Shown: positions 52,357-64,000 of the stretch, one piece after another
Numbering within the stretch: position 1 is the stretch's first letter
Layout: every line of letters starts with the position of its first letter
Assembly (NCBI GenBank): GCA_904063045.1
Contig: CAJFCJ010000015.1
Span: forward strand, 124,001-188,000
Reading direction: 5' to 3'
Origin: Dimorphilus gyrociliatus
Taxonomy: Eukaryota; Animalia; Annelida
DNA length: 64,000 nucleotides
Notes under the pieces: model-generated
Database searches by the model: none
The model's input: the letters and a program-made list of their open reading frames with translations, nothing else
Told to the model about the DNA's origin: nothing
Made by a program: the position numbers and the translations under genes

Positions 52357-55300
52357 ATGAACGTGACGCCGTTTCCTGTTACGACGAGCGTCTCTTTCAT
52401 TCCGCCGGCTGCCGTAGCGTCGATTACTGAGCGTCTCCAGTATCAATCTTTGGACGACCGTAGGAGTCCCTGCTTGAGTGTTGTTACACCAAGGCCAATG
52501 ACGCCATCCTGCTTGGAGATTGTTAACAGTAAGATTTTTTTTAGAACGTAAATTGTAGCTGAGATTGCTCTTTATGTCAAATTCCCCTGATTATATTGCA
52601 TTACCCGAATTTATTTTGACTTCAAACGACACAAAAATCATGCAACACGTATTGTTTTGAGTATTCTCTTGAAAGAGGTAAACTAACTTTGATCTAAGCC
52701 TAAAGTATTTTTAGTTTACTTGGTCTATTTCATAGTCAGTTACTTTTACAAAAATAAGAGGAAAATGATCGAAATTGTATATTTAGGGAAAAAAAAATCA
52801 ATATTTCTATTTTTAGAAAACAGATTGTTTTATTGAATTATTATATAATCGATTTGATTAAGCCTCTCAATGTTCAAAAAATATCCGATTCATTTTGGAT
52901 TCATTTGACCTACTTTCTCAGGTGACTTCTAAGATTGATGTTTAAGTTTGAAGAAGGAATTTTCCTATGTTACATAAAGTTATATAACTGCACATTTCTT
53001 TGTATTTATACCCATCTGTTCCATAAACATTTCTCTTAATTAAACATTCAGTTAAACAGCCTCTAGAAAAAATAATCGTTGAAGGTGCCAAACCCAAGTA
53101 ATACAATACTTTCAAGTATCGGTTCTCACCTCCAATTGAATTAAAAAAGAGGTCATTTAATCTTATATCGGTAAATTTACTCAGGTAAGCGCACTTACTA
53201 CTGATTGACTCAGTTTTGTTGAATTAATTGATAAATGGAGTCATCTGATAAAATTCAGTTAATTAACTTCTGTCGTACAAATCATATCTCATTTAGATTT
53301 GAATTGGAAACTAGATGATTTTTCAAAGCTAAACAGCTTTGTGCATATATTTATAAGTGTTATTATACTGGATATATCTTTTTATTCTAAGAGTTAAACT
53401 ACAGATCTTGAAAAATTTCCGTTTTATTATGACAAACTTGATTGATTATTATCGTTATAAATGAGAGGATAATCGTTCATTAAAAATTCTTTAATTTTGA
53501 TCTAATCCGTATAACCTTAAGAGTAAAGTCATTATAATTTCACCATCTTATATCATAATTAGTAAGCATCAAAAACCTATGATTGTATTAAATTACCTAG
53601 AAATGCTGTAACATCAAACGGAACTAAATCGGATCGACTCATGCAAATCGTCTGATTTACATTGTTGGTAAATGCAGTTAATGTTGAAAGGGTGAAATCC
53701 CCTTGCTAATATCAAATTACTGAAAAAGTGTTTGCTCTTGCGAAAGAGTTGAATACATCAATCGAATTGAATCGAATAGTTCATTATGAATCAAACATTT
53801 TTTATTTTATTATAGTTATGCAAACCGCAGTTTTTTTACATGTATTCTATTTTTTTCTAAAAGGAACTATCAACTATTTATGCATTGAGTGCACTTGGCG
53901 CTTGTTATTCCCATCTGTTTACGAGACCTATTTTTAGGTATTTATAAGCCTACACGTAGGACTTTACTCGCTGAATTTCACTTTTCTTTCATATTACATA
54001 TAACATTGAAACAATTTCACCTTAGCTTCCAAGAAAGATCAAACCAGACATAGCAATATCAAAAAGAAATTATTTAATTAATCAATTCTAGTTCAATGCT
54101 TACGAGCTAAAGCACGCTTTTTCTTTTATTAGCTTCTATTTTGTTTACTTGCTTTCGCGTAGCATTCTTTGGCTAGATATCTTATTTTCAATTGCTTCCG
54201 ACTGCAAAGATAAATTGCAGTCGAAAGTAATAGAAAATAGTAGGTATCCCAAAAAAATCCAATGAATAAAATTCCTTTTTATTTACTGTGAAGGTGATAA
54301 CCTCCAATTTTTGGAATAGAAAACAATTTACTACATTTTCTAGTCAGTAACTAACTAAAATAAGATACTTATTATGATTAGTAGCTTAACTTGATAAATT
54401 TTAATGAAGTCATTACGGCTTTTTTCAGAAAGTGATTCTGATTTTACAGTCGGATGAACTACACTATTCATAAAGTAATGTTTTTTTTCAGAAAAGCTTT
54501 ATCGATTCATCTAGGGCACGTTATTTGCTTTCCTACTCTTTTTAGATAATAATTACTCTATTATTATGAGCGGATTGTAAGACGTCAAATCGTCCAGTAA
54601 AAGTCTCACTTGTATACTCTGTTGAGATCATGAAAAAGCCATACAATAATATTTATTGTTCTATTTATAGAAAAATATGCTGATCATAAACTCCCTTTAA
54701 TCGATCGACTTCTTTGTAGACGAAAGAGAAGTCGTATACGATGTTTGCACTATCTAAGGGGGGTCAAAACATCATGTCGTGCACGTATTGATTAATTCTA
54801 AATATCCACTCTTATCGAAATTTTGTATTATTATATATATATTCTGCGCTAAATTATTTAATTGTTTAATTATTTTTATGATGAACTAAACTTGAAGGCT
54901 CTACTTATGGTTTCATTTGCTTATTTTTATTTTTATAAAAACGCTAGATTTAACGCATTGTATCGATATTTTACACAAAGACATCTTCATATATGTAAGT
55001 GAAACAAGTGTAAGTCATGCATTAAATTAATTCATTAAAGAATTCCCTTGTTAACATTGTGGTTATTCGGTATCATGATAGTGTAAAAGAGTTTTTTTTA
55101 AAAGTTACTATTGCATTTGGATAGTATCATGGGATTTAATATTATTCCATCATGAGAAAAATATAATCTTAGAATATAGATTTGCATTGGGTGTAATGCC
55201 GCTATTAAATGGCTACCCGAGCCTTGGAAATTACCCGTTAGTTGGTTTCTAAATGCGTAATGTGAGCATGCGATAATCTCTAAATGTTGATTGGAGTTGA

Positions 55301-58300
55301 TAACTTTTAGGTAAAGTCGACTTGAATATAGAATACTGTGGAATAGAAATAAGCTTACAGTCAGAGAGCCTTGAATGTAAATGGTAACAAATTTAATCAG
55401 TATGCCCCAAATATCTGGAAAACTGAGCTGCAGATTAACTTGTAGATTGCCAAACAATGTATATCTATTGCTGATATTTGTTTTCTAAGAATTATTTGAT
55501 ATTCTTTAATGTGAATAGTCGGAAGATTACTATGATCAATCGAACATCTGTTCGTTATTTATGCCCGTTAGATTTGTTTGTTAAACGGTTCTACTTTTTA
55601 TGTTGTTATAAAACATTAGTTGATTATGTTTCTTCCGCAATTTAATTGATAATTTTTTTACAGAGCAACCAGCTGAAGCGTCAATAGCTGACGTATCTCC
55701 GCCGGCCCCACCCTGCAAGCGTCACTGCCGTTCGCTGTCTGTTCCAGTCGAGTCATCCCAGCCCTTATATCCAGCGTCTCGTTACAAATATTCTCTAAAC
55801 TTGCCCAGGTCATCCGTTTGGCACGTGCCGTCGCGCAGGAGACGTCGTCATTCGGGAAATTTGCATTCTCCACCAAGAATTTACTTGACTCCTCGGCCAG
55901 CTAGTGCTCAAGAAACCGTACGGGAAGAGGAAGATCAGAATAATAGTTCGGTATCGAACAGCAATTCGATGCCGACTTTGATCTCGGGCAGGTAAAATAA
56001 ATTTGAATAGGGTTTTTTTCTTTTATATATGTAGGCTAGAGTTCGTATTTCCGCTACGCTTAAGAGCTTGGCGCGCGCTCTTTAAAAGGGAGAGAGAGAT
56101 AAGCACTCCAAAATAGATTAGACGAGTCGCGGACTGCTTGTCTGTGATATGAATAGAAAATATTTTCGCCTTTTCACAAGACTGTTTAATTTGGGTGGCG
56201 CTATCTTACGATCATGGCTGTGCAAAGAAATGTGTATGATTGTACTTTGTATAAAACCCTCGTATTATTAATACCGGAAGTGTGGAGTAATAGATAATAT
56301 TTCTTGAAAAGAAATAATAACTTTCCTTGACTTTCTTTCCGCAATCTATTATAGTTTTTACTACTTCATTAAGTATTTATTATGTGTCATCCAGCAGAGT
56401 GTTATCCTTTATTGGAATTTACCTATTCATAGGGGTTATTGATGTTTGTTATTTAAATCAGAAAATTTCGCTCCAATACAAGATGAGTCGTGGATCGAAC
56501 AACTGCAAAACAGGAGCATTATCTCGCATATAATTTATCTTTGATGCTTTCTGTATGCATCACTAAGCCTCACCCATGCGACAAAAGTTTTTGATTTGAA
56601 ATATCTAGAATTTAGTATTTCAACGTGCTCTCCATAAATTATTCGCTTGAGTTGTTTATGGTGTAATCAATTTATTTCATTTAAAAGGAGGTGAACTTCC
56701 TGTTAAACTTATAATGAGGAGAAAATGTAAACTAGAAAGATTAGCTCATTAAAAGTAAAGAACCCTAGCCAATCTCTTCTCTTAAGTATCATTAAAAAAA
56801 CCCGATACATCTTTCTTAAAATTTCTATAATATAAAGCTGTTTTACCTCTAGCAGTTATTCAGTCATAAAAACAAATATCCTTGAATAAATAAAAATAAA
56901 AAGACACACAAGATTATATTTACAGACCTAGTACCAGTATCAAATGTAACTGAAACAAATTGTGATGAAGCAGTCTCATTAATTTGATGACAAGAAAATT
57001 ACATTATCGTCATTTGCATGTATGTTGATGGTATGACGGGCTAAAATTTGTTTGAGGAATTTCGTGACTAGTTGTTAGTTTCAGTGACCCAGTGGTGACT
57101 TTCTTGCTAATTCCAGTACAAATAATTTTGTACATATCACAGAAGAAAGATAAAAGATATATCAAGAGATATATTTTGATGAATTGATGGAAAATAAACT
57201 AAAACCTGAAAGAGTGACAATCCTTCTAAACAATGCTCATAAACGCGTAAATGTTAGTTTGGTGTACATGTCTGAGTGTGTGGGTGTATTTATGTACATG
57301 CAAGCGAGTATCTTAAAGGTTTTTATAGATATTAGTATATATAATTTACTACTCATGGAAATCTGTTCTTTGGTAATATCGTCGATCAAATTTTTTTTGC
57401 GGAAATGGCCCATTTCTCGTAAAACCAATTACATAGGATTTTATACCACTACTAAATGTACAGTTAACTGAAAAGTGAATAGTGTGGTATAACAGAAGAG
57501 TCTCGTGAGAAAACTTTAAGCACTTAGTTTCGAAAAATTTTGCCGTATTCTTATCTAAATCGCGTCTAGAATGATAAGTTTTTTAAACAAATTGTTGACT
57601 GTCTGGTTACAATAACCCACTAACGTTGTCGACCTATTTTTGCGATTGATAACAGGAAAAAGGTCAAGAAGCATCGAAGCCGGCCGTCGCTCGATTTCGT
57701 AAAGGTCTCAGAGGTGAGTAGGAAAATTTATTACGGAATAGTCATAAGTCAGTTACCCAATACTGCATTGCGGAATATTTTTGTATTAAGGGGGAGGGAT
57801 ATATATACTAGAAGCTGTCCGTTATTTTAAGCAAAAATATTGCAATAGGGTGACATATCCTGACCTCAAACCTTCTTATTTTCATGCGATTTCCTGATTA
57901 TCGTATCTAAGGACAAATTAGTATGTAATTTTTCAATTAGTTGTACGGAGATCATCTGAATAGCTAATCAGGAATTGAATTTTAATTCATTCGACGCAAA
58001 TCGAATTACTATTTAGTCAAGAAAGTTGTTAAAATTGTCAGTGCCTGGCGATTAGGAAGAGTGATAGTAGGCGATAGGAGAATATAGAATTACGATGCAT
58101 GGGTAACACTCTGACGGCTTATTGGCTAACCGGAAAGATTAGGGTAATCTGGCGGAGACGTGTGAAACTAAAGTAAAAAGCCATTTCTTTTCACCCTTTC
58201 AGTCAGCCTACTCCAAATGCGCATTAGTGCCCAACTTAGAACAAATTGCTGCCTCTCCATTACAAACTTGTTCGTCTCAAACACTCACGGATTCGGCCTA

Positions 58301-58436
58301 CAGTCTCGTCTCTTCCGCCTCTGCTACTGAATTTGACGAAGAAGCCAGTTCTAGCCGGCGAAGTGACGATGATTTAGCATTATTTGATATGGATCCTGTC
58401 TCGGATCTAGATTTAGAGCAAATTGAAAACGACTGA
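52357..58436 (+). CDS. FAM53: FAM53 family protein. Exons 52357-52528, 55664-55991, 57656-57713 and 58203-58436
   Basis: ITERLQYQSLDD (N-terminal motif), PPAPPCKRHCRSLSVP, RPSLDF and the C-terminal DLDLEQIEND*. All four exons join in phase via GT-AG introns. A single-copy ancestor of FAM53A/B/C is likely. Confidence 0.88.
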
Positions 58437-59169
58437 TTTAATTTAAACTGGCTCATTTCATCATTTTTTTTGCTTATTGTGCTCTGTAGATCTAAGTTTT
58501 ATGGACAAATTTTTTCCGCGAGGCCCATTTTCAACTACAAAATATTTTACATCTTCTGCGGATCAGAGACAATTAAAATTTATCGTGTCATACGCACAGA
58601 CATAATTATTTCTGAATAAGTTATAATTAGTCTACATATGGTTTTTAGCTATGATCTATAGTTCTATAGGTTATTATTTAAGACATCATGCACTCTATTA
58701 TTGCTTCAGCACCATTAAAAATGGTCAAACGTTGTTAGCTAAAGTTAAAGCCGAAAAAAATTATTTTTATGGCCTCGAATTGTAGAACCTTAGTATATGC
58801 CTACCTATCTGTATGTCAATTAAACCTCGTGCAAGAATGATGAATGATATAATCACAAAGGAATGGACACTTGATCTGTTCAAAAGAAAATTGATACACT
58901 TACAACACAACATATATAGATATATTTATGTACAATGTAGGAATAATTGTGGTTCAAAAGGGCCGTTCTTTGTTTTCTTTTTCTTTTCTTAATTTTGTCT
59001 TTTTTTCTTTTGCATTTATACACGTTGGTACGATGAAGTAAATGGGTTGTGGGAAACATGTGCGTTTGGTGCCAAATGTTTGTAAAAGTCATTAAATGAT
59101 ATTTGTGTTCGTATGTAGTGTGAAAGTTTTTGTAATGTGTACGAAGACTTAAAAGAGATCATGCCTATG

Positions 59170-59325
59170 TATAATGTGCATATTTTATATATGTGTTTAT
59201 GTATATGTATATTTACATGGCACATATATAGAATTATATATACATAAAAATAAATACATATATACAAATGTTTGTATATATGTATACTTACTTATGAATT
59301 GATATGTGAATATACACATGTACTT
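59170..59325. repeat. Low-complexity TA/TG/CA-rich tract downstream of FAM53
   Basis: Degenerate alternating purine-pyrimidine repeats (tatgtatatgtatat, tatatacat). Confidence 0.6.
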
Positions 59326-61621
59326 TTTATATTAAAATTTTAATGACTTAGTTGGATACAGCTTTTTTAAATCAATGTTTTTTCTTGAAGTCATAGCAAA
59401 ATGAAACGCATAATTACGGTCAGTAACCTATTACAAATAATTATTTATGAAAGAGAAATTCTAGGAAAGTGCACTTTCAACTAAATCCGTATGGGATCAT
59501 TTATGATACTTGTTTAGTTTATATTTTAAACGAAAAATTAGACTACGTTTGGGGTGTTTTTAAAAGCAACAGTAAACTTTACTATAAACACAAACATACG
59601 ACTGTCAGATTATTTAGAGTTTAATCAGCCCACTTCATCTGGCTTCATATTAAATCCCATATTAAACTTTGCATATATTTTACATAAAGCTTTGACGATG
59701 AGAAAATAGCGACCATTGCATGGCAATTCTCGCCATAATTTAAAAGTGAAAGTTATTTAATACTAATCAGCCAGAACTCTCAAAGACGCAATAAAAAAAT
59801 AATACGTTTTACTGTTTATATCAGATAGTAGAAAGCAGCTGTATAAATAAAATCAGCTTCTATAACCCTGAATGAAAAGTACTTTAATTAGATTTTTTAT
59901 AGTGACCTATAGTACAGTATCGCGCTACTCTTCACTAATCTATCGTATTGTATGAAAAATTAATAATATTTAATTAAGAATATATAAAGGTTTAAAAGTA
60001 TATAATAACATTGATCAAAAAAATCTTAATTGTCTCCATCTATTCTAAATATCTTCAAGTTATTGATTGAAAGTTGTTTTTTATTGATTTTTGATAATAT
60101 ACAAAAATATTAAAAATTTAGAATATATTCTGAATAAATATTTTGAACAGTGAAGATTTAATACGAAGCTATGAAAAAACACCCTATGTTAAAAATCCAA
60201 CTTCAAATATACTCTGTATGATTTGGCTCGTATTTATAAGACGAATTGACTTTACTTTTCAGACTGTTAATTTGTTGAGAATATTGGTAAGAATCCCTAA
60301 TTCTACTTTCCATATAGAAAGTCTTTATTAGGGACATTCTCTATTTTATATCTCCAATACAACAAAGTAAACTATTGAGTAGAATTTTATATAATATCAC
60401 GAAAGGAAGTATGCTATTCGATGGTGAAAAATAATTTTAGAAGATTTATGCTAATAAATTTAGAGTCCCTACTTTCATACAAGAAAATACTTCAAGTATT
60501 AAATTTTCTGTATGATGAACAATATTTGCCTAACAAATTATAAAAGATGATTTTTCTTTTATAAGTGCCTAAGCAATTTTTAAGAGCACGTTAGGAATCT
60601 TATTGTAAATAAATTTGTCGCGTTTATCCATTTCGATTTGTTTATTGTTAAAGGGAAAAGTGAACATGCTGGATCAGGTGTACGCTGGAGATTAAACATA
60701 TGCGTACAAGAATATACTATATATATATACTAATATATATATATAGACAAATACGGAAGAAAGAAGATAAAAGACACATCTTATTAAGAGTAACGTCTTT
60801 GAAAGAGAAGAGTTATTGTGTCATCTAACCAAAATCATTCTTCTTTATCTTTCTGTTTCTCTCAAAGGAGGAAAAAGGCAACTTTTAATTACGCTCAGAA
60901 TTACTAACTTAATACGAGTCTTTACTTTTCAGCAACATTTTCTGTTATGCTATTGTTTCAATGTAATAAAGAACTGCTTTCGCTAACCTCACATCATTAT
61001 ATTACTATTGTATTTAGGCAAATCATGCTTTAAAAATATCCCACCCTTCCTCATACTCCCATAGGAAATGCTAAACAAGAGATTTTATCCGAATGGACGC
61101 TTAAATACTGTACGTAATACAAAAATAATATATAGCCCTAACCCAAATCTTCATATATTGCATATAAACTATAGACTTACAATAAAATTAAGAAAAGGAG
61201 AAGGAAAAGGGCATTAAAGGGGAAAAGGACAAAAAAAAAATAAATTAAGCAATTAGAATTAAAAAGAATGATTTGTTCCCCGTGCAATTCAAATTGTCCA
61301 TAAGGAATGCGCATTTCCTAAAAGAAATTGACTAGAATAATTACAACCTCCTTAAATTAATCTTTTAGTATTCTTTATTTTTCCCCAAGAGAATGTAAAT
61401 AGATGATATTTAATTGGAATAGACAATGAGAAAAAAATCCTTAATATGTCTCCTATTCAATGGTTTTAATTAAAACATTCTTTTTAGAACCCATTATCTT
61501 AAAATTGTTATAAACACTTTACAATTGTGAGTATGTTTATTTGTTTAAAGTAAAATTATGGAGGATATTTCATGGGTTTGATAACTAGAATTGAAATGCT
61601 TATAAGTTTAATATTTTTTCT

Positions 61622-62116
61622 TCACTTCCAGTTCTTATTTATCATAAACAGTGTCTTTTTGTCCAATTCGGGTCCAATTAAAGGGTTTAACTGCATCAGA
61701 TAAGTACATAGCCAGCTGTAAATTGAATAGAGTATTATATATGCAACCCAGTCATTGGTATTTTTTTATACTATCGTCTTTTTTACATATGATTTACTAA
61801 AATTATGTCATAAGTTTCAGCTCGATTAGCACGTATAAAATAAAATATTTGTATTTAATATATACTCACAATAAATAACAACAAGCAGCCGTGCTAACAA
61901 GCATAGTCTGTATGAGGCTGAAAAAAAGACTATGTTAATGAGGTCATAATCACATGACATTTTTAGGATATTTGTATTTCTTGTATTATTTTCAATTCCT
62001 TTGTAATTAAACTTTACTTACCCTCTATGAGTGCCTTTCGGAATGAACCAAGGGGCTACACCTCCTACCAAAGCCCAAAAAATAGTTACAATTGGCATAA
62101 CTACTTCTGCCCCCAT
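61622..62116 (-). CDS. ATP6V0E: V-type proton ATPase subunit e, 78 aa. Exons 62116-62022, 61917-61870 and 61715-61622; absent from the ORF track
   Basis: Spliced translation MGAEVVMPIVTIFWALVGGVAPWFIPKGTHRGLIQTMLVSTAACCYLFWLCTYLMQLNPLIGPELDKKTLFMINKNWK* matches the family motifs PWFIPKG, CCYLFW and QLNPL.GP. Donors are GTAAGT and GTGAGT. Confidence 0.95.
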
Positions 62117-62303
62117 ATTTTGTTTTATTACTGAATATTTCGTTATTCCTTTAACAAAACTGGTAAAGTGTAACCTTCAACTTGATCACATGACCTAACA
62201 AAACGTATCCTAGCAACTGGCACCGAAAGTGTGATTGTATACAATTTTTATATTATTTTGTTAAAGCAGCTGGGATTATGTTATTTTAAAGTAATAGAGT
62301 AAA
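62117..62303. promoter_or_regulatory. Bidirectional promoter between ATP6V0E and CFAP43
   Basis: Only 187 bp separate the two ATGs. Contains TCACATGAC (62186-62194, M-box/CLEAR-like) and GTATCCTAGCAAC (62205-62217, RFX X-box-like). Confidence 0.7.
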
Positions 62304-64000
62304 ATGGATAGTATAGGAACATTTCAAATTCGGTAAGTTACAAGTTTTGATGTTAATGATTGAGATATTAATTACTGAAAATGGCTATCAATACAGTTGG
62401 AGTCAGGGATACGAAGGTGGTAACATACAGTATATCAATAAGGACACGATTGTTATAAAATGTGGAAATAATTTAAAGTTTATAAGGAATAATTCTGGCG
62501 AAACATCTGAGGACATTTACTCTTGTCCAGGAGGTGGAATAGGAACTTTTGCAGTTCACAGCCTCAATAAAGTTTTTGCTGTTTCGAAATCATCTATTAA
62601 ACCATCAATTCTGATAGTGAATTATCCAGATTTGCAACAAAAGCATGAATTAAAAAATGGAGCCGCCTTAGAGTATCAATGCATGCAATTCTCATCCTCC
62701 AGTTTCCTTGTATCAATTTCTGGAGTACCCGACTTTCAAATGGTTCTTTGGTAATTGAATTAATTTTATATATTATCTCTAAAATATTCACTTTAATTAT
62801 AATCTATGTTCTTTAAAGGAATTATCAAAAAAGTGAAAAACTATCATCCGTCGACTTTGGAACATCTAGACCAACTAATTTATCGTTTGATCCTACAAAT
62901 TGGAGACGAATGGTTACAACAACTGAAAAGAATATTAAAATGTGGACTGTTGAGCAATGTGATTCTGTTTATAGGATATTCGAAAGGTATTGAATTTACA
63001 TATCTTCATGTATTAAAACTAATACGCTCTCCTTATATAATTTTCTTTTACATAGAAAATATATGCTTCCTGGAGTTGATGGCTCTCTCCCTCAAGAACA
63101 TACTGATATATCAAAACAGATATCTAGACCAGACACATCCGCTAGTTATGCGGCTTATAACCCAGTTATACAAATGACAAGACGTACTTTAGCAGGCTTA
63201 ATTGATGATGAAGATGACGACGATTTTGAGTTATACATGGACGAGGTTGGAAGGGTTTTACCTATTTCACACGTTTGGACTCCTAAAGGAGATATTCTGA
63301 TTGGGTGTGAAGGAGGTCAATTATTAGAAATTAATACAGAAGATGAAAGCTTAAGATTTCTCTATTACCCGGATTATTATAGAGAGTTTGATGATGAAGT
63401 AGAAGATCCAGAAATTGTTGCAATTCAAAAAGAAACATCACAGTCTTCGGAAAATATTGAAAGAGAGCAAACGAAAGTAACAATAGCTGAAGGATCAGAT
63501 CCTATGGGTCTAAGGGACTCGTTCAAGTCTCTAATTCTTCATAAAAACGGTTTATTCGCCGGCGGTAAAGATGGTGTACTGCGACAATTTGAATATGAAA
63601 AGAGATTCAAACTCCTTAAATCTCAACCGGTCGGAAAAAGCATTAGCAGCTTGTCATTTAATACGAAATATGATAAACTAATAGTTGGAAGTGATGAAGG
63701 ATATATAGGATTATATCAGTTCAGTTCGGACCTAAATATTAGCGAAAGGTCAGAGACTATAATAGACCTTTCGTATGGACAATTTGTAGCTGTTGACGTT
63801 CTGTACGATAACGAAACAAACACGGATATTTGTATTGTAAGTTCCATAACCATCTAATAATCACTCTCTAATCAATTCTCCTATTCTATCAGACTGCAAG
63901 AGAAAATGGCGATATACAATCGTGGGATAGTCTGTCTTCATCTCTGTTATGCACGCTTAGTTTGGGCTTGCATATATCAGTTGTATCATCTAGTCCTCTA
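62304..64000 (+). CDS. CFAP43: Cilia- and flagella-associated protein 43 (WDR96), 5' part, running past the window end
   Basis: Exon 1 MDSIGTFQIR|, then WSQG..CGNNLKFI, KPSILIVNYP, PDFQMVLWNY, SFDPTNWRRM and LPGVDGS, matching the CFAP43 N-terminal WD40 region. Introns are in phase. Confidence 0.88.

Noticed and set aside
55098-55457. 119-aa minus-strand ORF nested in FAM53 intron 1
   Set aside because: Non-ATG start, no recognisable motif and no consistent splice partners.
60654-61070. Plus-strand exon chain with a 55-nt CTAAC-containing intron
   Set aside because: The joined frame stops within 15 codons of the third exon, and no start exon or homology was found.
1-64000. tRNA, rRNA, snRNA, CRISPR arrays, intact transposons, non-standard genetic code or non-GT-AG introns
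   Set aside because: None were recognised by eye. Conserved genes translate cleanly with the standard code and canonical splice sites. A covariance-model search was not possible.

Overview
Eukaryotic, AT-rich (roughly 30% GC by eye), gene-dense animal DNA with mostly 45-100 nt GT-AG introns. It looks like a compact invertebrate genome; a miniature annelid such as Dimorphilus is a guess, not verified. Genes in order: 3' part of NEK2 (+); Raptor (+, about 25 exons); ERICH2-like (+); an orphan 97-aa single-pass membrane protein inside a CACGTG E-box cluster (+); a complete but divergent axonemal dynein DNAH10 (-, about 31 exons); three tandem, diverged zinc-finger/coiled-coil/beta-propeller TRIM-like paralogs (+); a Shisa-like cysteine-rich membrane protein (+); FOXRED2 (-); STARD7 (-) head-to-head with DUSP22/15 (+); a candidate small spliced gene (-); FAM53 (+); V-ATPase subunit e (-, missed by the ORF track) head-to-head with the 5' part of CFAP43 (+). 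I recognised no tRNA, rRNA, CRISPR array or intact transposon. Best leads: the TRIM-like triplet, the orphan microprotein with its E-box cluster, the 187-bp ATP6V0E/CFAP43 promoter carrying adjacent M-box and X-box motifs, an acidic extension of ERICH2 behind an in-frame stop, and a perfect CAG|GTAAGT recursive-splice-like site in a STARD7 intron. All family assignments are by recall of motifs, with no database search.
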